Source: Spirochaetota bacterium (GTDB lineage Bacteria; Spirochaetota; UBA12135; COTS27; CBDBHE01). From it: a stretch of DNA of 64,000 bases. The stretch lies in contig CBDBHE010000007.1 of the NCBI GenBank assembly GCA_965205605.1, positions 416,001 to 480,000 of the forward strand. The letters run 5' to 3'. The translations under genes and the position numbers were made by a program. Of the stretch, positions 49,359 to 59,526 are shown in pieces; within the stretch, counting starts at the first letter, position 1, and the number at the start of each line of letters is the position of its first letter. The notes under the pieces were generated by a model. The model saw only the letters and a list, made by a program, of their open reading frames with translations, searched no databases and was not told where the DNA came from.

Positions 49359-49387
49359 GAATTTTTTTAAATGGAACCCTTGTTAAA

Positions 49388-49531
49388 GTGAAGCGAACAT
49401 ATCAACCAAGTAAAATTAAAAGAAATCGGAAGTGTGGTTTTAGAAAAAGAATCAGTACTTTAGGTGGGAAAAATATTTTAAAGAGAAGACGGAAGAAAGG
49501 AAAAGAACGACTTTCTTCTTCAGATGAGTAA
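49388..49531 (+). CDS. rpmH: 50S ribosomal protein L34 (not in ORF track)
   Basis: GTG start: [47 protein letters not shown]. Confidence 0.96.
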   Translation: MKRTYQPSKIKRNRKCGFRKRISTLGGKNILKRRRKKGKERLSSSDE

Positions 49532-49832
49532 AAAAAAATTTTCTTTAAAAGAGTATTCGCTTCTTGTTAAGGAAGGAAAACGGCTTATTAATCGAGATTT
49601 AGTGATTTTTTATAAGGAAAGTAACAAAACGATTATTAAGGTTTCAGCTAAAAAAAAAGTGGGCAAGGCTTTTAAAAGAAACTATTTTAAAAGAGTCTTA
49701 AGAGATATTTTAAATAAGATTACTTATAAGCAATCTTATTTTGTTTTAGTGATTTGTCGAAATCCCATATCGTTGGGTTATTTTGATTTTAAAAAAAAAA
49801 TACGGGTATTTGTTAGAGAGCTTCTTTATTAG
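49524..49832 (+). CDS. rnpA: Ribonuclease P protein component
   Basis: [17 protein letters not shown] (RNR motif); follows rpmH. Confidence 0.85.
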   Translation: MSKKKFSLKEYSLLVKEGKRLINRDLVIFYKESNKTIIKVSAKKKVGKAFKRNYFKRVLRDILNKITYKQSYFVLVICRNPISLGYFDFKKKIRVFVRELLY

Positions 49833-49834
49833 GA

Positions 49835-49860
49835 GTAAGGTTTTTCCTTACACTTTTTTT
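49835..49860 (+). terminator. Weak hairpin plus T tract after rnpA
   Basis: GTAAGG-TTTTT-CCTTAC followed by ACTTTTTTT. Confidence 0.35.
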
Positions 49861-49915
49861 AAGTAAATTAAAAAATAAGGAAGACTCTAAATTGTTTTAT
49901 TTTAGGGGTCTATAA

Positions 49916-51643
49916 ATGAATAGAAATGATGGTTCGCTTGAAAGATGGCGTTTCCCTTTGGCGATTTTTCTTTCTTTTTTAACAATTTTTATTTGGTCTT
50001 ATTTAAATCGTTCTTCTGAAAAAGAAGAAGAGACGGTATCTAAAAAACAGTCAATTGTTAATAAAAAAGAGCGTGCTTTACAAGAGCAGGGGACTGAGAA
50101 GAAGTTGTTGATAGTAGAAGAGCCTTCTTTTAAAGAAAACGATGCGATTAAAAAAAATTTTGAGAGAGCAAAATTTTTTCAATTAGAAAATGATCAGTTA
50201 AAAATTGTCTTTAGTAGTTATAATGGAATCATTACACAAAGTATTTTAAAAGAGAAAGGAGAGGAAGCTTTTAGCTTTGATGGCAATAGCTTGCCTTTTT
50301 ATGAGAGTGGTAATCTTAGTTTTTATTCTGTTGAGCATAAAGGAGAGGATATTTTATTTGTGTTAAAAGAGAAGACAAAAGATCGTCTTGTTTTAGAGGG
50401 ACGAGTTAAGTTGTCTAAAAATAGATTTACGGTTAGGAAAGAATATTTTTTAAAAGATTATGAGCTTGGATTAAAGGTGACGCTTATTAATGGGGGAGGG
50501 GGTAATTTTTCAGGTAGTTATTATTTATTTAACGGTTCTTTTATAGGGGAAAAAGAAGTTGGAAAAAAAGATTTATTTAATATTGGAAAGATTTCTTATA
50601 ACATAAAGACAGACTTAGAAGATATTTTTCAGAGAGGATTTTTATCGATGTTTTCACAAGAGAAAACGCATGAAAATATTTTGAGCTTGGTGGATTGGAT
50701 TTCGATTGATAATCGTTTTTATGCCAGAATATTAAAAGGGAATCCTAGAGGGCATGAGGCGGAGTTTTTTAAAATTGAGCGTCGAGATGAAATACATCAA
50801 GTAGGAGCATATAAAGTTTATTTTAAACTAAGTGCTTTTGGAGCAGAATCGCAGCAATTTTCTTACTTTTTTTTCCCAAAAAAACGTGATTTATTAGATA
50901 CGTTTTATGATCAAAAAAGAGAGTATTTTTTTAATTTATTTAGACAAATGAGCTTGATGCGCATTATATCTAGTTGGATGTATTGGTTGTTGATGGGGAT
51001 TAATAGTCAGATCAATAATTTTGGCTTTGCCATTATTTTAATGACGTTAATGATTAAGATCATAACGTTTCCTTTAACGATGAAAAGTTATAAGTCGATG
51101 CATAAAATGCAATTTTTAGCCCCTAAGATGAACCATATTAAAGCACAATATAAGAATAATAAGCAAAAAGCGAATCAAGAGGTCATGGCGCTTTATAAAA
51201 AAGAGAAGGTTAATCCGATGGGAGGATGTCTTCCGATGTTAATACCAATACCGATTTTCATAGCTTTATATTCATTGTTTCAAAATATGGTTGAGCTTAA
51301 AGGGGAATCTTTTTTGTGGATTAATGATTTAACAAAACCAGATATTATTTTTAGCTTGCCATTTTCACTTCCTTTTTTAGGACAAGGGATTCATTTTTTA
51401 CCTATTTTGATGATGGTTTCTCAGTTTGTACAATCGTTTTTGACCCCACAGCCTCAAAATCCAAGTGCTGATGCGAGTGCGATGAAACAGCAAGCTTTTT
51501 TGATGAAGTATTTTATGCCAATTTTTTTCTTTTTTATTTGCTGGCCAATGCCGAGTGCATTAATTTTATTTTGGACCGCCCAAAATATTTTTTCGATTTT
51601 TCAATCATTTTTTTTATTAAAAAAAACTAAGTTGGAGGGATAA
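49916..51643 (+). CDS. yidC: Membrane protein insertase YidC
   Basis: NFGFAIILMT, KSMHKMQ, VNPMGGCLP, FLWINDL..PD. Confidence 0.95.
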   Translation: MNRNDGSLERWRFPLAIFLSFLTIFIWSYLNRSSEKEEETVSKKQSIVNKKERALQEQGTEKKLLIVEEPSFKENDAIKKNFERAKFFQLENDQLKIVFSSYNGIITQSILKEKGEEAFSFDGNSLPFYESGNLSFYSVEHKGEDILFVLKEKTKDRLVLEGRVKLSKNRFTVRKEYFLKDYELGLKVTLINGGGGNFSGSYYLFNGSFIGEKEVGKKDLFNIGKISYNIKTDLEDIFQRGFLSMFSQEKTHENILSLVDWISIDNRFYARILKGNPRGHEAEFFKIERRDEIHQVGAYKVYFKLSAFGAESQQFSYFFFPKKRDLLDTFYDQKREYFFNLFRQMSLMRIISSWMYWLLMGINSQINNFGFAIILMTLMIKIITFPLTMKSYKSMHKMQFLAPKMNHIKAQYKNNKQKANQEVMALYKKEKVNPMGGCLPMLIPIPIFIALYSLFQNMVELKGESFLWINDLTKPDIIFSLPFSLPFLGQGIHFLPILMMVSQFVQSFLTPQPQNPSADASAMKQQAFLMKYFMPIFFFFICWPMPSALILFWTAQNIFSIFQSFFLLKKTKLEG

Positions 51644-51648
51644 AACTT

Positions 51649-52278
51649 ATGATGTATCTTGATTATGAAGCTAACACGGAAAAAGAAGCAATTCAACTTG
51701 CTTTGGAATCGTTAGGGCTTACAGAAGAGGATGTTCGTATTGAAATTTTGTCAAAAGAAAAAAAAGGGATTTTTGGAATAGGGAAGAAAGAAAAAGCAAC
51801 AATACGTGTTTATTATAAGGAGAAAAGTGAAATTAGTGGAGCTTTTGAAACGATTAAAACTTTTATTAAAATGCTTGATTCGCAGTCTCATACAGAAATT
51901 ATTTCACTTGATAGCAATCAATATCTTTTAAAAATTGATGGGACAGATTCTTCGCAATTAATTGGAAAAAATGGAAGAAGTTTGGAAGCGATTCAAAATA
52001 TTGTCACAGCTATTCTTTTAAAACAAGGAGATAAGTATCGTGTTAGTGTGGATGTAGACAACTATAAAGCTAAGCGGTATGGGTTAATTGTTAAAAAAGC
52101 TTTGTTTATGGCAAAAAAGGTTGTCAAAACAAAAAAGCCTATTTTACTTAAACCGATGAATTCTTATGAAAGGCGATTGGTGCATATGGAAGTGAGTAAA
52201 AAAGTGAAAGGAGTTTCAACACAATCAGAAGGAGATGGTCGTATTAAAAGTGTAAAAATTGTGCCAGTGGGTTCTTAA
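51649..52278 (+). CDS. jag: RNA-binding protein Jag/KhpB (EloR)
   Basis: Jag_N, KH motif LIGKNGRSLEAIQ, R3H motif MNSYERRLVH. Confidence 0.92.
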   Translation: MMYLDYEANTEKEAIQLALESLGLTEEDVRIEILSKEKKGIFGIGKKEKATIRVYYKEKSEISGAFETIKTFIKMLDSQSHTEIISLDSNQYLLKIDGTDSSQLIGKNGRSLEAIQNIVTAILLKQGDKYRVSVDVDNYKAKRYGLIVKKALFMAKKVVKTKKPILLKPMNSYERRLVHMEVSKKVKGVSTQSEGDGRIKSVKIVPVGS

Positions 52279-52285
52279 ACATTGA

Positions 52286-53680
52286 ATGGATCGTTTTGAT
52301 AAAACTATTATTCAGTTATCAACTCCTTATGTTATTTCAGCGATTCATATTATTCGTGTTTCAGGAAAACAAAGTCTTGATTTTTTAAAAAATCATACGC
52401 TCTTAAAAAGTATTATTGCAAGAAAGGTTTACTACACCTCTTTTTTAATTAATGGGAAAGTAATAGACCATATTTTATGCTTTTTTTTTAAAGAGCCTGC
52501 TTCATATACAGGCGAAGATATGCTTGAGATTCATTGTCATGGATCTCTTTTAGTTGTTAATGATATTTTAAAAGTAGGTGTAAAAGAAAATCTGATTCTT
52601 GCTGAAAGAGGGGAGTTTACCAGGAGAGCTTTTGTTAATGGCAAAATGGACTTAACTCAAGCAGAAGCTCTTAATACGTTCATTCACACTAAAAGTTTTT
52701 ACTTAAAAGAAAATTCTCTTAAAATCTTAGAACGGAAGAGTTTTTTTAGTTTTAAAGAAATTAAAAAGGAGATTCTTGAAATCTTGGCTTACTTAGAATC
52801 TTCTATTGAGTTTCCAGAAGAAGGCATTGAAGAGCTTGATGAAAGTAAAGAGAGTCTTTATAAGCGTTATCAACGCTATATTGAGAGGATAACGAATTAT
52901 TTTCAAACTATTAAAACGAATTATGAAAAAGGAAAAAAATTTGAAGAAGGCTTTCATTTAGCTATTATGGGTCGACCCAATGCAGGTAAGTCGACGTTAA
53001 TGAACGCATTACTTAGAGAAGAAAGAATGTTGGTTTCTGAGATTGAGGGGACGACAAGGGATTTTGTTAAAGAGAGTATTACAGTAGAGGGGATACCGGT
53101 TGTTTTATATGATATGACGGGGATGAGGAGTACGGAAGATCTTTTAGAAAAGGAAGGCATAGAGAAGTCTTTTAAAGCCTTGAAAAGGGTGGATTGGGTT
53201 TTGTATTTACTGTTTTCAGATCGCTGTTTTGAAGAGTTTATTAAGTATCGAGAGGTGTTTTCTAACAAGCAGGTACTGTTTTATCTTAGTAAAAATGATT
53301 TGATGTCTTTAGAAGTCGTAGAAGGATTTAAGCAAAAAGCAAAAGAGATGGGAGTGGATATTATAGGAAACTTTTCTTTAAAAAAAAATCATCAAGAAGC
53401 GGTGGATTTGATAGAGAAGGATTTGAAAAAAGTTTTAGAAAGTTTTTTTGATTTTCCAGCTAATGAGATGTCTCTTTTAAATGAAAGGCAGAAGAAAGTT
53501 TGTGAATTTATTTTGGAAAGCTTAGGTCGTGTAAAAGAAATGATTGGACTAAGGGAAAGCGAAGAAATTGTAAGTGAAGAGATACGCGCCTTGAATGAAT
53601 TTTTAGAAGAGCTTGATTTACAAGTTGGCAATGAAGAAATTTATAACACGTTGTTTCAATCTTTTTGTATAGGAAAGTAG
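52286..53680 (+). CDS. mnmE: tRNA modification GTPase MnmE
   Basis: SYTGEDMLEIHCHG, GEFTRRAFVNGKMDLTQAE, GRPNAGKS, GTTRD, FCIGK. Confidence 0.95.
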   Translation: MDRFDKTIIQLSTPYVISAIHIIRVSGKQSLDFLKNHTLLKSIIARKVYYTSFLINGKVIDHILCFFFKEPASYTGEDMLEIHCHGSLLVVNDILKVGVKENLILAERGEFTRRAFVNGKMDLTQAEALNTFIHTKSFYLKENSLKILERKSFFSFKEIKKEILEILAYLESSIEFPEEGIEELDESKESLYKRYQRYIERITNYFQTIKTNYEKGKKFEEGFHLAIMGRPNAGKSTLMNALLREERMLVSEIEGTTRDFVKESITVEGIPVVLYDMTGMRSTEDLLEKEGIEKSFKALKRVDWVLYLLFSDRCFEEFIKYREVFSNKQVLFYLSKNDLMSLEVVEGFKQKAKEMGVDIIGNFSLKKNHQEAVDLIEKDLKKVLESFFDFPANEMSLLNERQKKVCEFILESLGRVKEMIGLRESEEIVSEEIRALNEFLEELDLQVGNEEIYNTLFQSFCIGK

Positions 53681-53688
53681 TCTTTTTT

Positions 53689-55539
53689 ATGGAAAGAGAA
53701 TTTGATATTGTGGTTGTTGGAGCAGGTCATGCGGGATTGGAGGCTTGTTTGGTGGGGGCGAGATTGGGCCTTAAGACAGCGATGATAACGATGAATATTG
53801 ATCATATTGTTTATATTTCTTGCAATCCGTCTATTGGAGGACTTGGGAAAAGCCATATTGTAAGGGAAATCGATGCTTTAGGGGGAGAGATGGCGAAGGT
53901 GACAGATCGATCGGCGATTCAATATAAGGTTTTAAACAAATCAAAAGGAATGGCAGTTTGGTCACTGAGGGCCCAGATTGATAAGTATTTGTATTCAGCT
54001 AATAGTAAGAAGGTGATCCAAAGAGAGAAGAATTTATTTTTATTTCAAGATGTGGTGATTGATTTACTTGTAAGGGATGGAAAAGTGGAAGGGGTGATGA
54101 CAGAAAGAGGGGGAGTTTTTAAAGCAAAAGCGGTTATTTTATGTACGGGGACTTTTTTAGGAGGGAAGATTTATATTGGTAATTATTCTAAAACGGGAGG
54201 GCGATTAGGGGAGTTGAGTTCGACAGATTTTTGTGATGCACTTATGAAGTATAATTTTAAACTTTTAACGTTTAAAACAGGCACGCCTGCTAGAGTACAT
54301 CGAGAGAGTGTTAATTTTTCTAAAATGGACGTTGAAGCAGGTGATTTGGACTCTAATCTGCGTTTTTCGTATTTAAGTGGGCTCAATAAAAATAAAAGAA
54401 TGCCTTGTTTTATTACGTATACAAATGAAAAAACGCATGAAATTATTTTAAATAATAAGAAAAAATCCCCTCTTTTTTCTGGAAAAATTAAGGGAATTGG
54501 CCCTCGATACTGCCCTTCGATTGAAGATAAAGTAGTGCGTTTTTCTGATAAAAATCGTCATCAACTTTATTTAGAGCCTGAAGGACTTGATACGGATGAA
54601 TATTATGTTAATGGACTTTCTTCAAGTATGCCAGAAGAGATTCAGTATGAGTTTATCCAAACCATCGTTGGTATGGAAGAGGTTAGGATGATTAAACCCG
54701 CTTATGCAGTGGAGTATCATTATTTAGATCCTCTTCATTTGCAACATACTTTAGAAACAAAGCGACTTTTAGGTCTTTATTTTGCAGGCCAAATTAATGG
54801 GACTTCTGGGTATGAGGAAGCGGCTGGTCAAGGACTCGTAGCGGGGATTAATGCGGCTTTAAAAATTAAAGGAGAAAGGGCTTTTATTTTAGACAGGAAA
54901 GAAAGTTATATTGGGGTGATGATTGATGATTTGGTTTTAAAGGGAACAAAAGAACCGTATCGAATGTTTACTTCTAGAGCAGAAAATCGTCTTTCAATGA
55001 GGCTCGATAATGCTGATGAAAGACTGACTGAGAGGGGAAAAAAAATAGGTCTTGTCAGTGATGAGCAGATGGTTTTTTATCAAGAAAAAAAAAAAGAAAA
55101 AAAAAAATGGTATGGAAAGCTGCATTCGTTAAAGCTTTCAAAGGAAGAATTAAAAATTAATTTTCAAGTTGAAAACATAGAAAATACGTTTTTTTTTTCT
55201 TTATTTAAACGTTCAGATTTTAATTTTATGAAGCTAATTAATTTTTTTTTTGAAAAGTATCAAATTTCGAAAGAAGTCCTCATTTCTCTTGGAGCAGATA
55301 TTAAATATGAAGGGTATGTTAAAAAGCAAAAAAGAGAAATTAAAAACCTAGATAAAAAATGGAAGCACCCTATTCCTCAAACGTTTGATTTTGAATCTTT
55401 AAAAGGGCTTAAAAAAGAAGCAAAAGAAAAATTAAATGCGATTAAACCAAAGACTTTAGAACAAGCTTCTCGTATACCCGGTATTACTTTTTCTGATCTT
55501 CAGCTTGTTTTACTTTATCTTAGCCGACTTAGAAAGTGA
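53689..55539 (+). CDS. mnmG: tRNA uridine modification enzyme MnmG (GidA)
   Basis: GAGHAG, SCNPSIGG, KTGTP, GPRYCPSIEDK, GQINGTSGYEEAAGQG. Confidence 0.97.
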   Translation: MEREFDIVVVGAGHAGLEACLVGARLGLKTAMITMNIDHIVYISCNPSIGGLGKSHIVREIDALGGEMAKVTDRSAIQYKVLNKSKGMAVWSLRAQIDKYLYSANSKKVIQREKNLFLFQDVVIDLLVRDGKVEGVMTERGGVFKAKAVILCTGTFLGGKIYIGNYSKTGGRLGELSSTDFCDALMKYNFKLLTFKTGTPARVHRESVNFSKMDVEAGDLDSNLRFSYLSGLNKNKRMPCFITYTNEKTHEIILNNKKKSPLFSGKIKGIGPRYCPSIEDKVVRFSDKNRHQLYLEPEGLDTDEYYVNGLSSSMPEEIQYEFIQTIVGMEEVRMIKPAYAVEYHYLDPLHLQHTLETKRLLGLYFAGQINGTSGYEEAAGQGLVAGINAALKIKGERAFILDRKESYIGVMIDDLVLKGTKEPYRMFTSRAENRLSMRLDNADERLTERGKKIGLVSDEQMVFYQEKKKEKKKWYGKLHSLKLSKEELKINFQVENIENTFFFSLFKRSDFNFMKLINFFFEKYQISKEVLISLGADIKYEGYVKKQKREIKNLDKKWKHPIPQTFDFESLKGLKKEAKEKLNAIKPKTLEQASRIPGITFSDLQLVLLYLSRLRK

Positions 55540-56156
55540 ATTCAATCGAATTTTTTTTAAAAAAACATTTAAATTTTTTAGGTGACTTTCTTTCTGAAGA
55601 GTTAATTTCAAACCTGACTATTTATGTGGGTGAATTGATTGGATATAATCGCTGGCTTAATCTCCTTGGCACGAGTGAAGAGGAAATCATTATTAAAAAA
55701 CATATTGGAGATGTTTTAGCCCCTTATTTTTTGTTTCCTAAGAAAGCAAAAATTGCTGATGTGGGTAGTGGAGCGGGGCTGCCTGGGATTCCCTTGGCTC
55801 TATTTTTAAAAGAGAGCCATTTTACCCTTATTGAATCTAAGAAAAAAAAATGTTTTTTCTTAGAGCATATAAAAAAATTATTAAAAATAAACAATGTTTC
55901 TGTTTTAAATAAAAATGTAAATGAAATTAATGATAAATTTAATATTATTACAATGCGAGCTTTTTCGGATATCCCTAAAGCTTTGAAAGTAACTAGAAAA
56001 ATGTGTTTTAAGAAAACAAGTTATTTTTTTTATAAAGGAAGACAAGAAATGATTGAAAAGGAACTTGGAGGGCTACAAGACTACAAAAAGGAATTAATTC
56101 GTTTAAAGGTTTCTTTTATTGAAGGGGAAAGGCATTTAGTAAAGCTAGTTAAATAA
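55536..56156 (+). CDS. rsmG: 16S rRNA m7G527 methyltransferase
   Basis: DVGSGAGLPGIPL, IESKKKK..FL, MRA; follows mnmG. Confidence 0.93.
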   Translation: MNSIEFFLKKHLNFLGDFLSEELISNLTIYVGELIGYNRWLNLLGTSEEEIIIKKHIGDVLAPYFLFPKKAKIADVGSGAGLPGIPLALFLKESHFTLIESKKKKCFFLEHIKKLLKINNVSVLNKNVNEINDKFNIITMRAFSDIPKALKVTRKMCFKKTSYFFYKGRQEMIEKELGGLQDYKKELIRLKVSFIEGERHLVKLVK

Positions 56157-56185
56157 TATTTAATAGTTTTTTAAGTTGAGAAAAA

Positions 56186-56953
56186 ATGGGTAAAGTAATT
56201 GTGATTGCAAATCAAAAAGGAGGGGTTGGAAAAACAACGACGGTTGTTAATTTAGCAGCTTGTATTGGAAGTAAGCAAAAAAAAGTACTTGTGCTTGATA
56301 TTGATCCACAAGGAAACTCAGCGAGTGGACTGGGTGTAAGTAAAAATAAAGAAACAACGCTTTATGAGGTCATGATCGACCATGTTGATATTAAAAAATC
56401 GATTTTAAAAACAAATTTTGAGAATGTCTTTTTACTTCCTTCCAATGAAACTCTTGCTGGAGCTCAAGTAGAGCTGATTAATGTTATTTCTAGAGAGTCG
56501 GTTTTAAAAAAAGCCATTGAAAGTATTATTAGTGATTATGATTTTATTTTTATTGATACTCCTCCTTCTTTGGGGCTACTGACAATTAATGCTTTTATGG
56601 CTTCTCAGTCGGTGCTGATTCCCATTCAATGTGAGTACTATGCTTTAGAAGGGATCTCGCAGTTGCTTAAGACGATTAAACTAGTTAAAAAAAATCTTAA
56701 TTCTTCTTTGTATATTGAAGGAGTGTGCCTTACGATGTTTGATTCTAGGACGAATCTTTCTAAGGAAGTGATGGGAAATTTAATGTCTCATTTTAAAGAA
56801 AAAGTGTACAAAACTATTATTCCAAGAAATGTCAAAATTTCAGAAGCTCCCTCCCATGGTTTGCCTATTAATTTGTATTGGCCAGAGAGTATGGGTTCGA
56901 TGGCTTATGAAAATTTGACTAAGGAGTTTCTTGAAAAAAATAAAGGTGTGTGA
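56186..56953 (+). CDS. parA: Chromosome partitioning ATPase ParA/Soj
   Basis: NQKGGVGKTTT, DIDPQGN, DTPPSLG, QCEYYALEG, IPRNV.ISEAPSHG. Confidence 0.96.
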   Translation: MGKVIVIANQKGGVGKTTTVVNLAACIGSKQKKVLVLDIDPQGNSASGLGVSKNKETTLYEVMIDHVDIKKSILKTNFENVFLLPSNETLAGAQVELINVISRESVLKKAIESIISDYDFIFIDTPPSLGLLTINAFMASQSVLIPIQCEYYALEGISQLLKTIKLVKKNLNSSLYIEGVCLTMFDSRTNLSKEVMGNLMSHFKEKVYKTIIPRNVKISEAPSHGLPINLYWPESMGSMAYENLTKEFLEKNKGV

Positions 56954-57858
56954 TGAGTGAAAAAAAAAGTTTAGGAAAAGGATTATCGGCTCTTTTTGGT
57001 GATGAGCTTAATGCGGATGATTTTGGAGAAAAGAAAGAAAAAGTTTTAAAAGAGATCGAAAGTCAAATTTTAAGCATTCCTATCGCCCTTGTAAAAGCAA
57101 GTCCAACTCAAGTACGTTCTTTTTTTGATGAAGAAAAACTTGAAGAGTTGGCAACTTCTATTAAACAATTTGGGATTATGGAACCTTTGATCGTTTCAAA
57201 AGAAGCTGGAAAAGATGAGTATCAAATTATAGCTGGCGAAAGAAGGTGGCGAGCTGCTCAAAAAGCAGATTTAAAAGAAGTGCCAGCGATTGTTAGAAAC
57301 GAAAAATCAAACTCTCATCTTTTGGAAATGATGTTAGTTGAAAATATTCAACGAGAAGACCTAACCCCTATAGAAGAAGCTAGTAGTTATGAAATTATTC
57401 TTGAAAGAAAAAAAATTACTCAAGAACAACTTTCTCAAGTCATTGGAAAAAGTAGAGCTCATATTGCTAATTTGCTGCGAATTTTAAAATTACCTAAAGT
57501 TATCCAAGAAGATATTAATTTAAAAAAAATTACTTTAGGTCATGCCAAAGTCCTGCTTAGTTTGGAAAAGGGGATTAATTTAAAAGAAATTGTAGATGAG
57601 ATAATTTCAAATAAACTTTCTGTTAGAGATCTTGAAAAAAAAATAGAATCTTTAAGACAAAAAAAAGAAATGTCATTTTCAAAAAAAAAACCTCAAGATT
57701 TTAAAAACCCTCATCTTCAAGAAATAGAAAATTTACTAAGAGAAAAATTGCAAACAAAAGTAATAATAAAAAAAAACTCTATTAAAAATTTTGGAGTGAT
57801 TGAAATTGAATTTTATAATGATGAAGGGTTGGAATCCATTGTTGAGCGAATTGGATAG
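56950..57858 (+). CDS. parB: Chromosome partitioning protein ParB/Spo0J
   Basis: LGKGLSAL, IIAGERRWRAA, ENIQREDL, GKSRAHIANLLR, GHAKVLL. Confidence 0.96.
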   Translation: MMSEKKSLGKGLSALFGDELNADDFGEKKEKVLKEIESQILSIPIALVKASPTQVRSFFDEEKLEELATSIKQFGIMEPLIVSKEAGKDEYQIIAGERRWRAAQKADLKEVPAIVRNEKSNSHLLEMMLVENIQREDLTPIEEASSYEIILERKKITQEQLSQVIGKSRAHIANLLRILKLPKVIQEDINLKKITLGHAKVLLSLEKGINLKEIVDEIISNKLSVRDLEKKIESLRQKKEMSFSKKKPQDFKNPHLQEIENLLREKLQTKVIIKKNSIKNFGVIEIEFYNDEGLESIVERIG

Positions 57859-58250
57859 TCTTTTTTTTTTTTTGAAAGAAACCAAAAAAAACTTATTAAA
57901 ATAAAGATAAATAAATAAATAAATGAAGTAAGCCGTTTAAATAAAAAAGGTTTTTCTATTGTTTTTTTTATTTTTAAGGGAGGAATTTTTAGATAAATAA
58001 TGGTTTCATTATTTTTAATATAACGATTTTTTAAAAAATATTGTGTTTTAAGATAATCTTCCTTGCTTTTAAAAAATTCTTTTAAATAGCTATTCTCTAA
58101 AATAATAGACGTATATTTTTTTTCTAAATTGTCAAGATTTTTCTTTAATTGTTTATTTTCTTCAGATGATTTTTGATAAATATAAATAGGAATACAAAAA
58201 AGAATCGTTAAAAATATTTTTAAGCTCAAATAAGAAAATTTGATTTTCAT
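57813..58250 (-). CDS. Small membrane protein, septum-formation-initiator (FtsB/DivIC)-like
   Basis: N-terminal TM, coiled coil, Y.K.NE motif, second C-terminal TM. Confidence 0.45.
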   Translation of the reverse strand: MKIKFSYLSLKIFLTILFCIPIYIYQKSSEENKQLKKNLDNLEKKYTSIILENSYLKEFFKSKEDYLKTQYFLKNRYIKNNETIIYLKIPPLKIKKTIEKPFLFKRLTSFIYLFIFILISFFWFLSKKKKDYPIRSTMDSNPSSL

Positions 58251-58374
58251 TAATAAAATATTCGGGTTTTTTTTATTTTTACTTAAATAATGAATTTTTT
58301 TTAAAAAACAATTTAAAAGGTAGAGAAGATTAGCTAATAGTATTAGAATTTAAAATTAATAAAAGGAAACAAAT

Positions 58375-59058
58375 ATGGAAAAAAATTTAATTAAAAGATG
58401 TACTGCTGAGTTAATGGGTAGTTTTTTCTTAGTGTTTATTGGTTGTGGGGCGGTGATTATGCGAGAGTTAAATCCTCAAGTACTTCCTTTGTCAATGATT
58501 CCATTTGCTTTTGGGGGAACAGTTGCGATTATGGTGTATGTTTTTGGTCATATTTCAGGCACACATATTAACCCTGCGGTGACACTTGCTTTTTTTGTAG
58601 ATAAACAAATTAAATTTAAAGACATGCTCGCTTATATGGGGGTGCAGTGTTTGGGGTGTTTTTTAGCTTCTTTATTTCATTTATGGATTTTTGGGGTAGG
58701 GGGACATTCTTTTGGGGTCACTAAACCGGTTTTATTAGCTTGGCCCGCTTTTTTAGTTGAATTGGTGCTTAGTTTTTTATTAGTTTTGGTTGTTGTGGCG
58801 ACGACGAGCAAAAGAGCTTTTAACATGATGGCAGGCGCTTGTATTGGAGCAACGATTATTTTGGCAGCTGTGGTAGGAGGTAATCTTAGCGGGGCTTCGA
58901 TGAATCCGGCAAGGTCTTTTGGACCGGCTCTCATTTCGCTTGATTTTGGAAGTTTATGGCTTTACATTTCAGCTCCTTTAATGGGAGGTGTTCTAGCGGT
59001 ACTTTCTTATAACTTTGTGAGTAGCAAAAAAAATAATAAAGTTTTTTTTAAAACCTAA
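58375..59058 (+). CDS. MIP-family channel (aquaporin/NIP-like)
   Basis: Two NPA motifs: HINPAVT and SMNPARSFGPA. Confidence 0.93.
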   Translation: MEKNLIKRCTAELMGSFFLVFIGCGAVIMRELNPQVLPLSMIPFAFGGTVAIMVYVFGHISGTHINPAVTLAFFVDKQIKFKDMLAYMGVQCLGCFLASLFHLWIFGVGGHSFGVTKPVLLAWPAFLVELVLSFLLVLVVVATTSKRAFNMMAGACIGATIILAAVVGGNLSGASMNPARSFGPALISLDFGSLWLYISAPLMGGVLAVLSYNFVSSKKNNKVFFKT

Positions 59059-59235
59059 TTAAATTCTTTCATAAAAAAGTTGTTTTAATTTTCTAAAAAT
59101 AAACTTTTAACAACTACCTGCCTGATGTTTCATTCATTTAAATATTTTTTTTCATTTAGGAGCTATGCTAATATAATGTAAATAAGGTATTAGTGTTTGC
59201 AATAAATATTGTTTAAGTAGAAATTGAATGCTTTA

Positions 59236-59380
59236 ATGAAATAAAATATTCTTATTTTTTCAAAATTTTTTGGTTATAATATCGGAGATGGTAAAAGAAG
59301 CCTCCTGTCAATATTTAATTGATTTAGAAGAAAAAGGTTGTTGTGTCCATGTTGTTTATTTTGAGGGGATCTTTTTTTAA
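59236..59380 (+). pseudogene. GT4 glycosyltransferase N-terminal remnant
   Basis: MK*NILIFSKFFGYNIGDGKRSLL, +1 frameshift, QYLIDLEEKGCCVHVVYFEG; resembles the GT4 pattern GGxE...L...G..VHV. Confidence 0.5.
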
Positions 59381-59526
59381 TAGTAAAAAACTGAAAATGC
59401 CTTTTCCGCCAACATGGAATATTTATTCCATGCATTTATTTAAAACATTTTCTAAATGAACGGTGGATTAAAGCTTTTATAAGATTTTTCCTAAAGACTT
59501 TACAAGTTGATTAGCTATGAGATGTT

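Noticed and set aside
49081-49387. dnaA-rpmH spacer as classical oriC
   Set aside because: No TTATCCACA-like boxes seen, and the plus strand is G-rich on both sides
58375-59058. Aquaporin as part of an arsenic-resistance operon
   Set aside because: No arsR, arsC or arsM found nearby
59284-59306. GGAGATGG...CCTCC resembling a fluoride riboswitch P1, and an 8-bp match to the tmRNA 3' end (possible att site)
   Set aside because: The loop is too long and the downstream GCTRATGAC element is missing; 8 bp is too short for an att call; it lies inside the GT4 remnant
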